This document shows, one piece after another, positions 1 through 10,505 of a DNA stretch of 64,000 nucleotides. Each line of letters starts with the position of its first letter. Position 1 is the stretch's first letter. Position numbers and translations under genes: made by a program. Source of the stretch: Opitutia bacterium. Its GTDB lineage: Bacteria; Verrucomicrobiota; Verrucomicrobiia; Opitutales; Opitutaceae. A model generated the notes under the pieces. That model was not told the DNA's origin. It was given only the letters and a program-made list of their open reading frames with translations, and did not search any database. The stretch is from positions 640,001 through 704,000 of the forward strand of contig CANJVR010000002.1 of assembly GCA_947478395.1 (NCBI GenBank), read 5' to 3'.

Positions 1-663
1 CAGGCCATCGCGAAAACCGCCACCGTCAAAGCCGAATCCGCCGCCAAGCACGCGAAGGCCACCGCCAAGCCGACCGCCGCGAAGCAGGCTCTCACGCTCC
101 AAAAGGCCAAGCCCATGCACGTGAAGGCGGCCTCCCTCGCCGACATCCTCGGATTCAATCCGAAGAAGGCCAAGTCCGTCGAGGCCCTAGCCGAGGCCGA
201 CGTCCCAGAGAAATTCAAACGTTACTATAAATTGCTGATCAACCTCCGCACGCATCTCACGGCCGGCATCGAGCTGCACTCCGAAGAAACGTTGAAACGC
301 TCCTCCAAAGACGACGCGGGCGATCTTTCCTCCTACGGCCAGCACATGGCCGATTCCGGCACCGACACGTTTGACCGCGATTTCGCACTCAGTCTCGTGT
401 CGAGCGAACAGGAAGCGCTTGGCGAAATCGACGCCGCGATCAAACGCATCAAGGACGGCAGCTACGGCGTCTGTGAAATCAACCAAACTCCGATCGCCCG
501 GGACCGCCTACTCGCCGTGCCGTTCACGCGTTACTCCGCAGAAGCGCAAAAAGAACTCGAACGCAACCGCCACCGTTCCCGCTCGCAAGCCGGCATTCTC
601 GGCGAACTCGGCGAGGACGGCGGCAGCACCCCGCGCGATGACAACGGCGGCGGCGAAGAGTAA
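1..663 (+). CDS. dksA: DksA/TraR-family transcription factor, 5'-partial, with Lys/Ala-rich N-terminal extension and degenerate (1-Cys) zinc finger
   Basis: Frame is open from base 1. Coiled coil with QHMADSGTDTFDRDF, then ALGEIDAAIKRIKDGSYGVCE...RLLAVPFTRYS. Sits directly upstream of lspA. Confidence 0.8.
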   Translation, partial: QAIAKTATVKAESAAKHAKATAKPTAAKQALTLQKAKPMHVKAASLADILGFNPKKAKSVEALAEADVPEKFKRYYKLLINLRTHLTAGIELHSEETLKRSSKDDAGDLSSYGQHMADSGTDTFDRDFALSLVSSEQEALGEIDAAIKRIKDGSYGVCEINQTPIARDRLLAVPFTRYSAEAQKELERNRHRSRSQAGILGELGEDGGSTPRDDNGGGEE

Positions 664-708
664 TCAAATTTTTGAATTCGGATTTTCGGCGGGACCCGGC
701 CCTTTAAG

Positions 709-1272
709 TTGAACTCTCCCGAGTCCAACTCACGTCGCGAACCGGTTGAGGCCGTGACGGCGCCGCCAAAGTCGATCGGCGATCGCCTGCTCGCTTATCG
801 GCGTTTGCTAACGGTTGCCATCATCGTTCTGGCCGGGGACCAGCTGACGAAGGCTTTGGTTTCAGCGCGCCTGCCGTACCCCACTTACGGGGAGGGCCAC
901 GGAGCAATTGTAGTGATCCGCAATTTCTTTTACCTCGTTCATGTCGGCAATACGGGGGCGGCGTGGAGCATTTTCACCGGGCAGAGCGTGATGTTGGCGG
1001 CTCTCGCGCTCGTCACCTTAGTGGGAATTTTTATTTGGCGTCGCACGCTGGGACTGCGCGACCGAGGGACTCAACTCTGCTTTGGGCTGCTGTGCGGGGG
1101 CATACTGGGAAACGTGGTAGACCGCCTGCGCTACGGCCACGTGATTGATTTCCTCGATTTTCATTTCGGCAGCTACGTTTACCCCACGTTCAATATCGCC
1201 GATTCGGGCATTTGCGTGGGCGTGATGCTCTATCTTTTCCAATCGCTGCGGGAGCCAAAGCCGGAAGCCTAA
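709..1272 (+). CDS. lspA: Lipoprotein signal peptidase (signal peptidase II)
   Basis: Motifs DQLTK, NTGAAWS, GGILGNVVDR, VIDF, FNIAD. Exact start uncertain (TTG 709 or GTG 754). Confidence 0.95.
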   Translation: MNSPESNSRREPVEAVTAPPKSIGDRLLAYRRLLTVAIIVLAGDQLTKALVSARLPYPTYGEGHGAIVVIRNFFYLVHVGNTGAAWSIFTGQSVMLAALALVTLVGIFIWRRTLGLRDRGTQLCFGLLCGGILGNVVDRLRYGHVIDFLDFHFGSYVYPTFNIADSGICVGVMLYLFQSLREPKPEA

Positions 1273-1413
1273 GGCCTAACCGCAAAGCAGCGATGGCCGG
1301 CAAAATTTCGCGCGGAGCTTTTGTAATGTCGGGCTTAAGCGGCCGCAAAACGCCCTGAGCTGACTCGGGCATGATCGACGCCTTCGCGTCTAATCCGACG
1401 CCCGTTTCTATCT

Positions 1414-2286
1414 CTACTCCACGTTGGCGATCTGTTCGCGAATCCGCTCCAGCTCGTTCTTGAGTTCAATCACCGCACGGGAAATCGTGAGATCGTTTGC
1501 CTTGCTCCCGATGGTATTCACCTCGCGGCCGATTTCCTGCAGGATAAATTCGGATTTGCGACCGATCTCGCCCCCGGATTTGAGCAGCGTCTCGAACTGC
1601 CCCAGATGGCTGCCGAGACGCGTGAGTTCTTCCGTCACATCGCAACGATCCGCGAAAAGCGCGATCTCCTTGAGCACGCGCTCGTCTTCGACGTTTAACT
1701 CGAGCCCGGCCGTGCGTAGGCGTTGCAACAACTGCTCGCGATAAAGCGCCGGTACCGCAGGCGCGCGCGTCGCCACGGTGTCGACCTGCTTTTTCAGAAT
1801 CGCGATCCGCGCGAGGAAATCGCCCAGCAACGTTTCGCCTTCCTTGGCCCGCATGGCCGCAAACGCCTGCAAGGCCGTCTCGAGCGTTGCGAACACCACG
1901 GGCTGCGCCATCTCAGCGGAGGGAAAGTCATCCGCTTTGCGCTGCGACCGCGCGATGTCCCAAAGCAGCTCGGGCGTGGGCGCAAACGCGACCCCTTGAG
2001 CGCCGGCAAAAGCCGCCAGTCGGCGGACGGCTTCAGCCGCGCCGGCTTCGTCCCAAACGTCCTGGCGCGTGCCGGGGGCGCCGGTTAGCTCGATGTCGAC
2101 GTGAACCTTGCCGCGGGACGCGTGACGTCGCGCGATTTCACCGATGGCGGGCTCAAGACTTTCCCAGGCATCGGGCAGCTTCATCGTGAGATCGAGTGTT
2201 TTCCGATTCACCGAACTCACCTGAATGGTGAGCGAGTCGTTGCCGATCGTCGCCGTTGCGCGGCCGTAGCCTGTCATGCTTCGCAT
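1414..2286 (-). CDS. yicC: YicC/YloC-family endoribonuclease
   Basis: N-terminal MRSMTGYG; C-terminal DVTEELTRL, GRKSEFILQEIGREVNTIGSK, IREQIANVE. Confidence 0.92.
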   Translation of the reverse strand: MRSMTGYGRATATIGNDSLTIQVSSVNRKTLDLTMKLPDAWESLEPAIGEIARRHASRGKVHVDIELTGAPGTRQDVWDEAGAAEAVRRLAAFAGAQGVAFAPTPELLWDIARSQRKADDFPSAEMAQPVVFATLETALQAFAAMRAKEGETLLGDFLARIAILKKQVDTVATRAPAVPALYREQLLQRLRTAGLELNVEDERVLKEIALFADRCDVTEELTRLGSHLGQFETLLKSGGEIGRKSEFILQEIGREVNTIGSKANDLTISRAVIELKNELERIREQIANVE

Positions 2287-2468
2287 GACAGAAATTCCAA
2301 ACGCCCAACCGCCAAAGGCCAAACAAATCTCCGGCGGGAATCACTCGGGTTTGCTCCCGATGCTGAAGAAATAAGTTTCAACCCATGGGCTTGTTGTCGC
2401 CGAGCGGCCCGAAGCCCGGGGGCCAAGGCGAATGGAGTTTAGACTTTGGGGACTGGTGATTTCTCCGC

Positions 2469-3698
2469 TCAGTTGAGTTTCACCCCGAGGATTTTCGCTA
2501 CTTGGTTCACATCCTTGTCTCCGCGGCCGGACAAGTTGATGACCAAAATCTCATCCTTCCGCATTTCCTTCGCGCGCTTCAAGCCGTGCACCAATGCATG
2601 CGTGCTCTCGAGCGCGGGAATGATGCCCTCAAGCCGCGATACCAGTTGGAACGTTTCCAGCACCTCGTCGTCGCACGCATAAGCAAAGTCGATCCGCTTG
2701 CGCTCGCGGTAAAACGCGTGCTCGGGGCCGATCGCCGCGTAGTCGAGTCCTGCACTCACCGAGTGCGTCAGCTCGATCTGCCCGTCCCCATCCTGCAAAA
2801 TAAACGTCTTCGCGCCCTGCAACACGCCAAGTTTTCCGCCCTCGAAACGTGCGGCGTGCTCACCGCGCGTGATCCCGCGGCCGCCAGCTTCAACGCCGAT
2901 CATCCTGACGTTGGTATCCTCCAGGAAATCGAAAAAGAACCCGATCGCATTCGAGCCGCCACCCACGCAAGCGATCATCTCGTCCGGCAGACGTCCCTCG
3001 CGGGCGAGCAATTGCTCCTTTGTCTCACGCCCGATCACGCGGTGAAAATCGCGTACCATCATCGGATAGGGGTGCGAGCCTAGCGCCGACCCCAGAATGT
3101 AATGCGTGCCGCGCACATTAGTCACCCAGTCGCGCATCGCTTCGTTGACCGCATCCTTCAAAGTCTTTTGTCCCGACGTCACCGGGCGAACTTCGGCGCC
3201 CATCAGCCGCATGCGGAAAACATTCAGTGCCTGGCGTTCCATGTCGACTGCGCCCATGTACACGACGCATTCGAGACCGAATTTCGCGCACACGGCTGCC
3301 GTGGCTACGCCGTGTTGTCCGGCGCCGGTTTCGGCGATGATGCGCTTCTTGCCCATCCGCCGCGCGAGCAGCGCCTGGCCGAGGGCATTGTTGATTTTGT
3401 GCGCACCGGTGTGCAGCAGATCTTCGCGCTTCAGATAAATTTTTGCGCCGCCGCAATGCTGCGTGAGCCGCTCGGCAAAATAAAGTTCTGTCGGCCGACC
3501 CGCGAACTCCTTCAAGTGATGCTTCAGTTCTGCTTGGAACGCTGCCTCGCTCCGCGCCACGTCGTACACCGAGCCGAGTTCCTGCAACGCCGTCATCAGC
3601 GTCTCCGGCACGAACACCCCACCGTAGCGCCCAAAGTGGCCGCCCTGATCGGGCACGGAAAAGCGGTCGAAGGATGCGGGAGCGTTGGCAGTCGGCAT
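2469..3698 (-). CDS. trpB: Tryptophan synthase beta subunit
   Basis: [15 protein letters not shown] (PLP lysine), [33 protein letters not shown]. Confidence 0.97.
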   Translation of the reverse strand: MPTANAPASFDRFSVPDQGGHFGRYGGVFVPETLMTALQELGSVYDVARSEAAFQAELKHHLKEFAGRPTELYFAERLTQHCGGAKIYLKREDLLHTGAHKINNALGQALLARRMGKKRIIAETGAGQHGVATAAVCAKFGLECVVYMGAVDMERQALNVFRMRLMGAEVRPVTSGQKTLKDAVNEAMRDWVTNVRGTHYILGSALGSHPYPMMVRDFHRVIGRETKEQLLAREGRLPDEMIACVGGGSNAIGFFFDFLEDTNVRMIGVEAGGRGITRGEHAARFEGGKLGVLQGAKTFILQDGDGQIELTHSVSAGLDYAAIGPEHAFYRERKRIDFAYACDDEVLETFQLVSRLEGIIPALESTHALVHGLKRAKEMRKDEILVINLSGRGDKDVNQVAKILGVKLN

Positions 3699-3890
3699 AG
3701 CGTTATAAATGAGGCGAGAGTCCCGTACCGAAGCAAAAGATTTTATACGTTTCCGAGCCGCCTCGCCATTGATCGGAGCGGGCCAGCGCGAGCAAGGACG
3801 CTGGCCTGCGGCCGGAGGACTACTCAGTCCCTCCTGACGCCGCATTTCAAAAATCAGCTCTTTGCCGGGGGTTCGACGCGCTGCCCACCC

Positions 3891-4403
3891 TCACGGTTGT
3901 TCGACGCGGCCTTTCAAAAACGTCAGCACATCTTGAAATTTAGCCCGGTTGCTTTCGTCGATCGACACCAGGTTTTCATGCGCTTCGAGCACCAACCGCG
4001 CGTGTTCGGTTTCGGTGCGATCGGCGCATTTCAAAGCGGTATCGCATTGCTCGAAGGTCGCCGGCACCGCTTCCCCCGCCACGATCAAAATTCGGTGCAA
4101 TCCCAGGTTCCGAATCAGCTCGAGGTTACGCACCCCGACGCGCGCCAACACCAAACTGCCGCCCGGCGCCGCTTTCTTCAGCTCCAGCGCCGCTCCCGCC
4201 AGTACGCCGAGAAACGTGCTGTCGATGCTGGCACATTGTTGAAAATCGAGCACGAACCGGGTCTTACCCTGACGGCGCGTCTCCGTGAAAAAATCCCGCA
4301 AACACGCGCTGTTTTGAAAGCTCGCCCGCCCGTTGATGCGCACCAGGACAGGATCCGAGTAGGCATCGACAAGGTAGACAGAGGAAAGAGCGGGCTCAGA
4401 CAT
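3891..4403 (-). CDS. STAS-domain protein (anti-sigma-factor antagonist-like)
   Basis: VLDFQQCASIDSTFLGVL matches the STAS phospho-Ser motif; C-terminal helical extension LEAHENL. Confidence 0.8.
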   Translation of the reverse strand: MSEPALSSVYLVDAYSDPVLVRINGRASFQNSACLRDFFTETRRQGKTRFVLDFQQCASIDSTFLGVLAGAALELKKAAPGGSLVLARVGVRNLELIRNLGLHRILIVAGEAVPATFEQCDTALKCADRTETEHARLVLEAHENLVSIDESNRAKFQDVLTFLKGRVEQP

Positions 4404-4551
4404 GGAGGGCAGGCTGGATTTGGAACGATCCGGAAAAAATTATTCCGGGCAAACGTGGCGGATTGGTGGACGACAGCAAGTGGCCAAAACCCGTCGGTTC
4501 TTTTGTCACAAACAAATCCGCGCCGGTCATACCGGACGCGGAGCCATCGGG

Positions 4552-7239
4552 CTAGCCTTGCGCGATGATCTGGCGCAGGACGTAAGGCAGGATGCCTCCG
4601 TGCTGGTAGTAATCGATCTCGATGGGCGTATCGATGCGGCAAGTTACATTAACGAATTCAGCTGCAGCCCCTTTCCGCGTGATCTTGAGCTTGAGGTCCT
4701 GTTGCGGCTTGAGGCCGGTATCCAAGCCCACCACGTCGTACGTCTCGGTGCCGTCCAACTTCAAGGTCTGCGCGGTAACACCTTCCTTGAATTGCAGGGG
4801 CAGCACGCCCATGCCGACGAGATTGGAGCGGTGAATACGCTCGAAACTCTGAGCGACGACCACCTTCACGCCGAGCAGCGAGGTGCCTTTCGCGGCCCAG
4901 TCACGCGAAGAGCCGGTGCCATATTCCTGACCGGCCAAGATGATGAGTGGCGTACCGGCTTTTTGATAAGCCATCGAGGCGTCGTAAATCGACGTCTTCA
5001 CCCCATCGGCGCCGATCGTATTGCCGCCCTCTTCGCCGCCCAGCATGAGATTCTTGATGCGGACGTTCGCGAAGGTGCCGCGGGTCATGATGCGGTCGTT
5101 GCCGCGCCGCGAACCGTAGGAGTTGAAATCCTCAAACGTGACGCCGTTCTCGAGTAAGAAACGGCCCGCCGGGGAACTCTTCTTGATCGCGCCCGCCGGC
5201 GAGATGTGGTCGGTCGTGACGGAATCGCCAAAAATCCCGAGTGCGCGGGCGCCTTTGATTTCGGCGATCGCTCCGGGTTGCAGCGTGAAGTTGGTGAAGA
5301 ACGGCGGCTCTTGGATGTACGTCGATTTCGCGTCGAAGGCGTACACGTTGCCGGTGGTCGACGGGATTTCGTTCCACTTGGGATTCTGCGCGGCGAAATT
5401 ACTGTAGAGCCTGCGGAAAACTTCGGGCTTCAGCGCGGCCTGCATTTGATCGCGCACTTCCTGCAACGTGGGCCAGATGTCCTTCAAGTAGACCGGCGCA
5501 CCGTCGTTTCCGGTGCCGAGCGGCTCGGAGGAAAGATCGATGTCGGCGCGGCCCGCGAGCGCGAAGGCGACGACCAAGGGCGGCGACATCAGGAAGTTCG
5601 CCTTGATGTTCTGGTGCACGCGCGCCTCGAAATTCCGGTTGCCGGACAGCACCGAGGCGGCGACGAGATCGTTCTTCACGACGGCTTCCTCGATGGGACC
5701 GGCGAGTGGACCCGAATTGCCGATACAGGTCGTGCAACCGTAGCCGACGGTCTGGAATCCGAGCTGGTCAAGATACGGCGCGAGCCCGGTCTTTTCGAGG
5801 TAGGCGGTAACCACGCGTGAACCCGGCGCGAGCGACGATTTCACGAGCGGATTGACCTTGAGTCCCTTCGCCACGGCCTTCTTCGCAAGCAGACCGGCCG
5901 CGAGCATCACGCTCGGATTGGAGGTGTTCGTGCAACTGGTGATTGCCGCGATCAAGACTGAGCCGTGGCCGATACGCGTGCCGCCAACTTGGGCTGATAC
6001 GGTCGTGAGCTCCTCAGCCTTTTTGCCAAAGCCATTTTCGGTGACCGGCTTCGAAAACGCAGCCGTGAACTCCTGCTTCATCTTCGGCAGCTCGATACGG
6101 TCCTGCGGACGCTTTGGGCCCGCAACGCTGGGCACCACCGTTGCAAGGTCGAGTGCTAGATCCGTGGAATACTCGATCTCGCCCTTTTGCGGAATGCCCC
6201 AAAGTCCCTGGGCCTTGTAGTACGCTTCGTACAACGCGACGGCACTTTCCTCGCGGCCGGTCGCGCGGAGGTAGTTCGTGCACTCGCCGTCGATCGGAAA
6301 AAAGCCCATCGTGGCACCGTATTCGGGCGCCATGTTGGCGATCATCGCGCGGTCGACGACCGGGAGCGCAGCCGCGCCGGGACCGTAAAACTCGACAAAT
6401 TTGCCGACGACCTTCGCCTTGCGCAGTGTCTGCGTGAGCGTCAGTGCGAGATCGGTCGCCGTCACTCCTTCTTTGAGCGCGCCCGTGAGGTACACGCCCA
6501 CGACATCCGGCGTGAGGAAATAAACCGGCTGCCCGAGCATGCCGGCTTCGGCTTCGATGCCGCCGACGCCCCAGCCCACAATGCCGAGGCCGTTGATCAT
6601 CGTCGTATGGGAATCGGTGCCAACGAGCGTGTCCGGATAATAGACGCCGTTTGCGTCACTGAGCACACCTTTCGCCAGAAATTCCAGGTTCACCTGGTGC
6701 ACAATGCCGATGCCGGGCGGCACGACTTTGAAAGTATCGAAAGCCTGCATGCCCCATTTCAGGAATTGGTAACGCTCACGATTGCGCGAGAATTCAAGAT
6801 CGAGATTCTTGGCGAGCGCGTCCGAACTCCCGGCGAAATCGACTTGCACGGAGTGGTCGACCACAAGATCGACGGGGACCAGCGGCTCGATGATCTTCGG
6901 ATTTTTGCCGAGTTTCGTCACCGCGGAACGCATGGCCGCGAGATCGACGAGCAAAGGCACGCCGGTGAAATCCTGCAGCACGATGCGCGCGACAACGAAG
7001 GGAATCTCATCGGTCCGTACGGCCTTCGCCGCCCACGTCGCAAGGGCCTTCACGGCCGGCTCCGCCACCCGCTTGCCGTCGCAATTGCGCAGCAGTGACT
7101 CCAGCACGAGGCGGATCGAAACCGGGAGCTTCTTCACGTTGAAGCCGGCGGCCTCGAGTGCGGGCAGCGAATAGAATTGATGCGTCGTACCGTTCGCGGT
7201 GAACGACTGCAACGTGTTGAACGGATTGGGAAGGCTCAT
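4552..7239 (-). CDS. acnA: Aconitate hydratase A
   Basis: [53 protein letters not shown]. Confidence 0.97.
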   Translation of the reverse strand: MSLPNPFNTLQSFTANGTTHQFYSLPALEAAGFNVKKLPVSIRLVLESLLRNCDGKRVAEPAVKALATWAAKAVRTDEIPFVVARIVLQDFTGVPLLVDLAAMRSAVTKLGKNPKIIEPLVPVDLVVDHSVQVDFAGSSDALAKNLDLEFSRNRERYQFLKWGMQAFDTFKVVPPGIGIVHQVNLEFLAKGVLSDANGVYYPDTLVGTDSHTTMINGLGIVGWGVGGIEAEAGMLGQPVYFLTPDVVGVYLTGALKEGVTATDLALTLTQTLRKAKVVGKFVEFYGPGAAALPVVDRAMIANMAPEYGATMGFFPIDGECTNYLRATGREESAVALYEAYYKAQGLWGIPQKGEIEYSTDLALDLATVVPSVAGPKRPQDRIELPKMKQEFTAAFSKPVTENGFGKKAEELTTVSAQVGGTRIGHGSVLIAAITSCTNTSNPSVMLAAGLLAKKAVAKGLKVNPLVKSSLAPGSRVVTAYLEKTGLAPYLDQLGFQTVGYGCTTCIGNSGPLAGPIEEAVVKNDLVAASVLSGNRNFEARVHQNIKANFLMSPPLVVAFALAGRADIDLSSEPLGTGNDGAPVYLKDIWPTLQEVRDQMQAALKPEVFRRLYSNFAAQNPKWNEIPSTTGNVYAFDAKSTYIQEPPFFTNFTLQPGAIAEIKGARALGIFGDSVTTDHISPAGAIKKSSPAGRFLLENGVTFEDFNSYGSRRGNDRIMTRGTFANVRIKNLMLGGEEGGNTIGADGVKTSIYDASMAYQKAGTPLIILAGQEYGTGSSRDWAAKGTSLLGVKVVVAQSFERIHRSNLVGMGVLPLQFKEGVTAQTLKLDGTETYDVVGLDTGLKPQQDLKLKITRKGAAAEFVNVTCRIDTPIEIDYYQHGGILPYVLRQIIAQG

Positions 7240-7261
7240 GGAGTTGAAATCTGAAAATGGT

Positions 7262-7735
7262 TTACCCCGCCAGCGCGACCTTGATCGCGGCGAAGTTGGG
7301 GAGGTCTTTCGGGGTGGCGGTTTGCTCGGCGTACGTGATCCGGCCGTCCAAGCCGATGACAAAGGCCGCGCGCGCCGAGGCGTCACCGATGCCGCCAATC
7401 ATGGGGAAAAGCACGCCGTAGGCCTTCGTCGTTTCCTTGTTCAAATCGCTGACCAAGGTCGTCGTAATCTGATTCGCCTGCGCCCAAGCGGCTTGGGCGT
7501 GCGGGCTGTCGACGCTAATCCCGATGACGGCCACGGAGGGATTTTCGATCAGCCCGAATTCGGTGGAAAGGCCGCACATTTCCCGCGTGCACACCCCGGT
7601 AAAGGCGAAGGGAAAAAAGAGCAGCACCGTCTGCTTTTTGCCGAAATTGTCGCTCAGTTTAATGTCCTTCATGCCCGTCGCGGTCATGGTCTTGAGCGTA
7701 AAATCGGGGGCGGGTGAACCGGGGGCTAAAGGCAT
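7262..7735 (-). CDS. Peroxiredoxin (AhpC/TSA family, AhpE/BCP-like)
   Basis: APDFTL and the peroxidatic motif [14 protein letters not shown] (PxxxTxxC); RAAFVIG. Confidence 0.9.
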   Translation of the reverse strand: MPLAPGSPAPDFTLKTMTATGMKDIKLSDNFGKKQTVLLFFPFAFTGVCTREMCGLSTEFGLIENPSVAVIGISVDSPHAQAAWAQANQITTTLVSDLNKETTKAYGVLFPMIGGIGDASARAAFVIGLDGRITYAEQTATPKDLPNFAAIKVALAG

Positions 7736-7925
7736 GGAAGGGATTGAGTTTGTAGGGCGACCGCGGCAACTGGCTCGGATCGAAGAAAAAAAGGTAGAGC
7801 CCGCGCCGGGGCGCCGGCAAATGGTTTTTCCCCATACCCGTGGCATTTCTATTTTCGCACCGGCCACCATTAGAAACGCTCTTGCGCGCCGCGACACCCA
7901 GGCCGTTTACTTTTCCGCTCCCGCA

Positions 7926-9203
7926 ATGACCTTGATCGAAGACCTCCAATGGCGCGGCCTCCTCGCCGATTGCACCGACCTCCCCGCCCTCGCAAAGCGC
8001 CTGAGCGAGGGGCCCGTGACGGTGTATTGTGGCTTCGACCCCACGGGCGATTCGCTGCACGTCGGCCACCTTATGGGCCAGCTCACGTTGAAGCGCTTTC
8101 AGCTCGCCGGCCATCACGTGCTGCCCCTGGCCGGCGGCGCCACCGGCATGATCGGCGACCCCTCCGGCAAATCCGCCGAGCGCAACCTGCTCACGCGCGA
8201 ACAGCTCGATCACAATCTCAACCGCATCAAGGCGCAGTTGTCGCGCCTCCTCGACTTTCAAGGCTCGGACAATCCCGCGCGTCTGGTCGACAACGCCACG
8301 TGGACGGCTCCCTTGGCTTACCTGGATTTTCTCCGCGACATCGGAAAATATTTTTCGCTCAACGTCATGCTCGCCAAAGATTCCGTGAAATCGCGCATGG
8401 AGGGCGACCACGGGATCAGCTACACCGAATTCAGCTACCAGCTACTGCAGGCCCACGATTTCTATCACCTGCGGAAAACCCACCACTGCGAGCTGCAGAT
8501 CGGCGGCAGCGACCAATGGGGCAACATCACCGCCGGCACTGACCTCATCCGGAAGAAGCTCGGCGTGCCGGCCTGGGGCTGGACGTTCCCACTCATCACG
8601 AAAAGCGACGGCTCGAAGTTCGGCAAAACCGAAGGCGGCGCGGTCTGGCTAGATGCGGAAAAGACGAGCCCGTATAAATTCTATCAGTTCTTTGTGAACA
8701 CCGAGGACGCCAAGGTCGGCGAATACCTCCGCAAGTTTACCCTCCTGCCCCGCGCGGAAATCGAGGAGCTTGAAACCAAACACGCCGCCAATCCGGGCGC
8801 GCGCGAAGCGCACCGGGCCCTGGCGCGCGCAGTCACGACGCTGGTCCATGGCCGCGCCGCTTATGATGCCGCCGTGAAAGCGAGCGAAATTCTCTTCGGC
8901 GCCGAGATCGGCGACACATCGGAGGAAACGTTCCGCGATGTCGTGGGCGAAGTCCCCACCCAGGATCTCGAACGGGCCAAAATCGAAGGTCCCGGAACGG
9001 CGTTGACGGAACTCCTGCTCCACGCCGGCCTCGCGCCGTCAAAAGGTCAGGCCCGCAAAGACATCGAGGGCGGCGGTATCTACCTCAACAACGTTCGGGT
9101 TGCGGAGGCCACGCGAGCGGTCACGACCGCCGACCTGCTCTTCGGAAAGTATCTTCTGCTCCGCAAAGGAAAGCGCTCCTACGCCGTGTTGCAGTCGCGC
9201 TGA
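7926..9203 (+). CDS. tyrS: Tyrosine--tRNA ligase
   Basis: YCGFDPTGDSLHVGH (HIGH), QIGGSDQWGNI, KFGKT (KMSKS), C-terminal S4 domain LRKGKR. Confidence 0.97.
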   Translation: MTLIEDLQWRGLLADCTDLPALAKRLSEGPVTVYCGFDPTGDSLHVGHLMGQLTLKRFQLAGHHVLPLAGGATGMIGDPSGKSAERNLLTREQLDHNLNRIKAQLSRLLDFQGSDNPARLVDNATWTAPLAYLDFLRDIGKYFSLNVMLAKDSVKSRMEGDHGISYTEFSYQLLQAHDFYHLRKTHHCELQIGGSDQWGNITAGTDLIRKKLGVPAWGWTFPLITKSDGSKFGKTEGGAVWLDAEKTSPYKFYQFFVNTEDAKVGEYLRKFTLLPRAEIEELETKHAANPGAREAHRALARAVTTLVHGRAAYDAAVKASEILFGAEIGDTSEETFRDVVGEVPTQDLERAKIEGPGTALTELLLHAGLAPSKGQARKDIEGGGIYLNNVRVAEATRAVTTADLLFGKYLLLRKGKRSYAVLQSR

Positions 9204-9275
9204 CGTCAGTTCCGCGACCACGAATCAGCTCTTATTTCATCGGAAACCGGGCGGACTCCCCGTGCTCTGTGTAAC

Positions 9276-10433
9276 ATGACCGGCGTCAATTCTGCTGCTT
9301 ACGAACTCACGTCAGGGCATTGGCTGCCGACGGGGGAAGCCGCCTACCGCCGGATCCTCGGAGCGATCGGTGAGGCGAAAAAGACGCTGCGATTTGAAAT
9401 GTATATTTTTCGCGCCGACGACACCGGACGGCGTTTTCTGGCCGCCCTCCAATCCGCGGCGCACCGGGGAGTGCAGGTGCAGGTCTTGATCGACGGATTC
9501 GGTTCCCATCAGTTGCCGGCGGATTTTTGGGCCACCCTGCGCGCGAACGGTGGCGAGGTCCGGGTGTTCAATCCATTTACGTGGAGCAGTTTTTCGTTTC
9601 GCGATCATCGCAAGCTCGTGATCGTCGACGACGCCATCGCCTTTGTGGGCGGCTTCAACATCGGTGACGAGTACCACGGCGACGGCATCGCGCGCGGCTG
9701 GCGTGACCTCGGCGCCGAAGTACGAGATAGCGCCCGGGTGATCCCACTCGCCGCCGCCTTCGACGCGATGTACCGCGCCTACGATCTGCGTCACCGGCTC
9801 CTGCACCGCATCCATCACCCCTTGCGGCCGGCCGGCCCGGCCACGCCACCGACCCGGCCCACGGTGCTGCTGACCAGTCCACGGCTGATCGGAAATCAAT
9901 TTCGCCGCGAGTTGCTGCACGCGCTGGGTCAGGCGCAGAACGTCCAACTTATGTTCGGTTATTTTCTCCCCGATTTTCGCCTGCGGCGGGCCTTGCATCG
10001 CGTCGTGCGTCAAGGCGGTCGCGTCGAGCTGATGCTGGCGGGAAGAACCGATGTACCCCTGGCGCAGGTCGCCGCCCGTGCGCTGTACGGTTCGCTGCTA
10101 AAACGCGGCATCAAAATCTGGGAATACCAGCCGCAGATCCTCCACGCCAAACTGGCGATCGTCGATGACGCCGCCTTTGTCGGCTCCTCAAATCTCGACA
10201 CGCGCTCGTTCGGTATAAATTACGAGTTGATGGTCCGGAGCGAAGGCGCCGCCACCGTCAGTGATGCGAGGAAAATATTCGCGAGCGACCGCACCCGCTG
10301 CGTGGAAATCACGCTGCCGGAATGGCGGCGCAGCCAGACGTGGTTAACGCGTTTGCGCGGGCTTGGGGCGCGCATCCTCATCACGCGGATCGATCCGTGG
10401 CTCGCGCGACGCCAGCTCCGCTCGTTTTCGTGA
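9276..10433 (+). CDS. Cardiolipin synthase-like phospholipase D (ClsB-like, no N-terminal TM anchor)
   Basis: Two HKD motifs: HRKLVIVD...GGFNIG and HAKLAIVD...GSSNLD; WRD motif. Confidence 0.88.
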   Translation: MTGVNSAAYELTSGHWLPTGEAAYRRILGAIGEAKKTLRFEMYIFRADDTGRRFLAALQSAAHRGVQVQVLIDGFGSHQLPADFWATLRANGGEVRVFNPFTWSSFSFRDHRKLVIVDDAIAFVGGFNIGDEYHGDGIARGWRDLGAEVRDSARVIPLAAAFDAMYRAYDLRHRLLHRIHHPLRPAGPATPPTRPTVLLTSPRLIGNQFRRELLHALGQAQNVQLMFGYFLPDFRLRRALHRVVRQGGRVELMLAGRTDVPLAQVAARALYGSLLKRGIKIWEYQPQILHAKLAIVDDAAFVGSSNLDTRSFGINYELMVRSEGAATVSDARKIFASDRTRCVEITLPEWRRSQTWLTRLRGLGARILITRIDPWLARRQLRSFS

Positions 10434-10437
10434 CGAA

Positions 10438-10499
10438 TTAGCGCGACGCTTCAGTCCGCGTTCCGAAAATAAAAACCGCGGGCTAAAGCACCGCGCTAC
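10438..10499. repeat. Inverted pair of GTAG-type REP-like palindromes between convergent cls and opcA; may double as a terminator
   Basis: TAGCGCGACGCTTCAGTCCGCG (10439-10460) against the reverse complement of 10477-10498, TAGCGCGGTGCTTTAGCCCGCG: 18/22 identical, with an A-rich spacer. Confidence 0.6.
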
Positions 10500-10505
10500 T
10501 TCTTT

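Noticed and set aside
2469..3698. trpB without trpA as a stand-alone TrpB2
   Set aside because: Motifs and length match canonical TrpB1; trpA is probably elsewhere in the genome.
3102..4568. 488-aa plus-strand ORF
   Set aside because: Overlaps trpB and the STAS gene in antisense; no recognisable domain.
7736..7925. Possible T-box leader for tyrS
   Set aside because: Only 190 nt shared by divergent genes; no T-box consensus or terminator/antiterminator visible.
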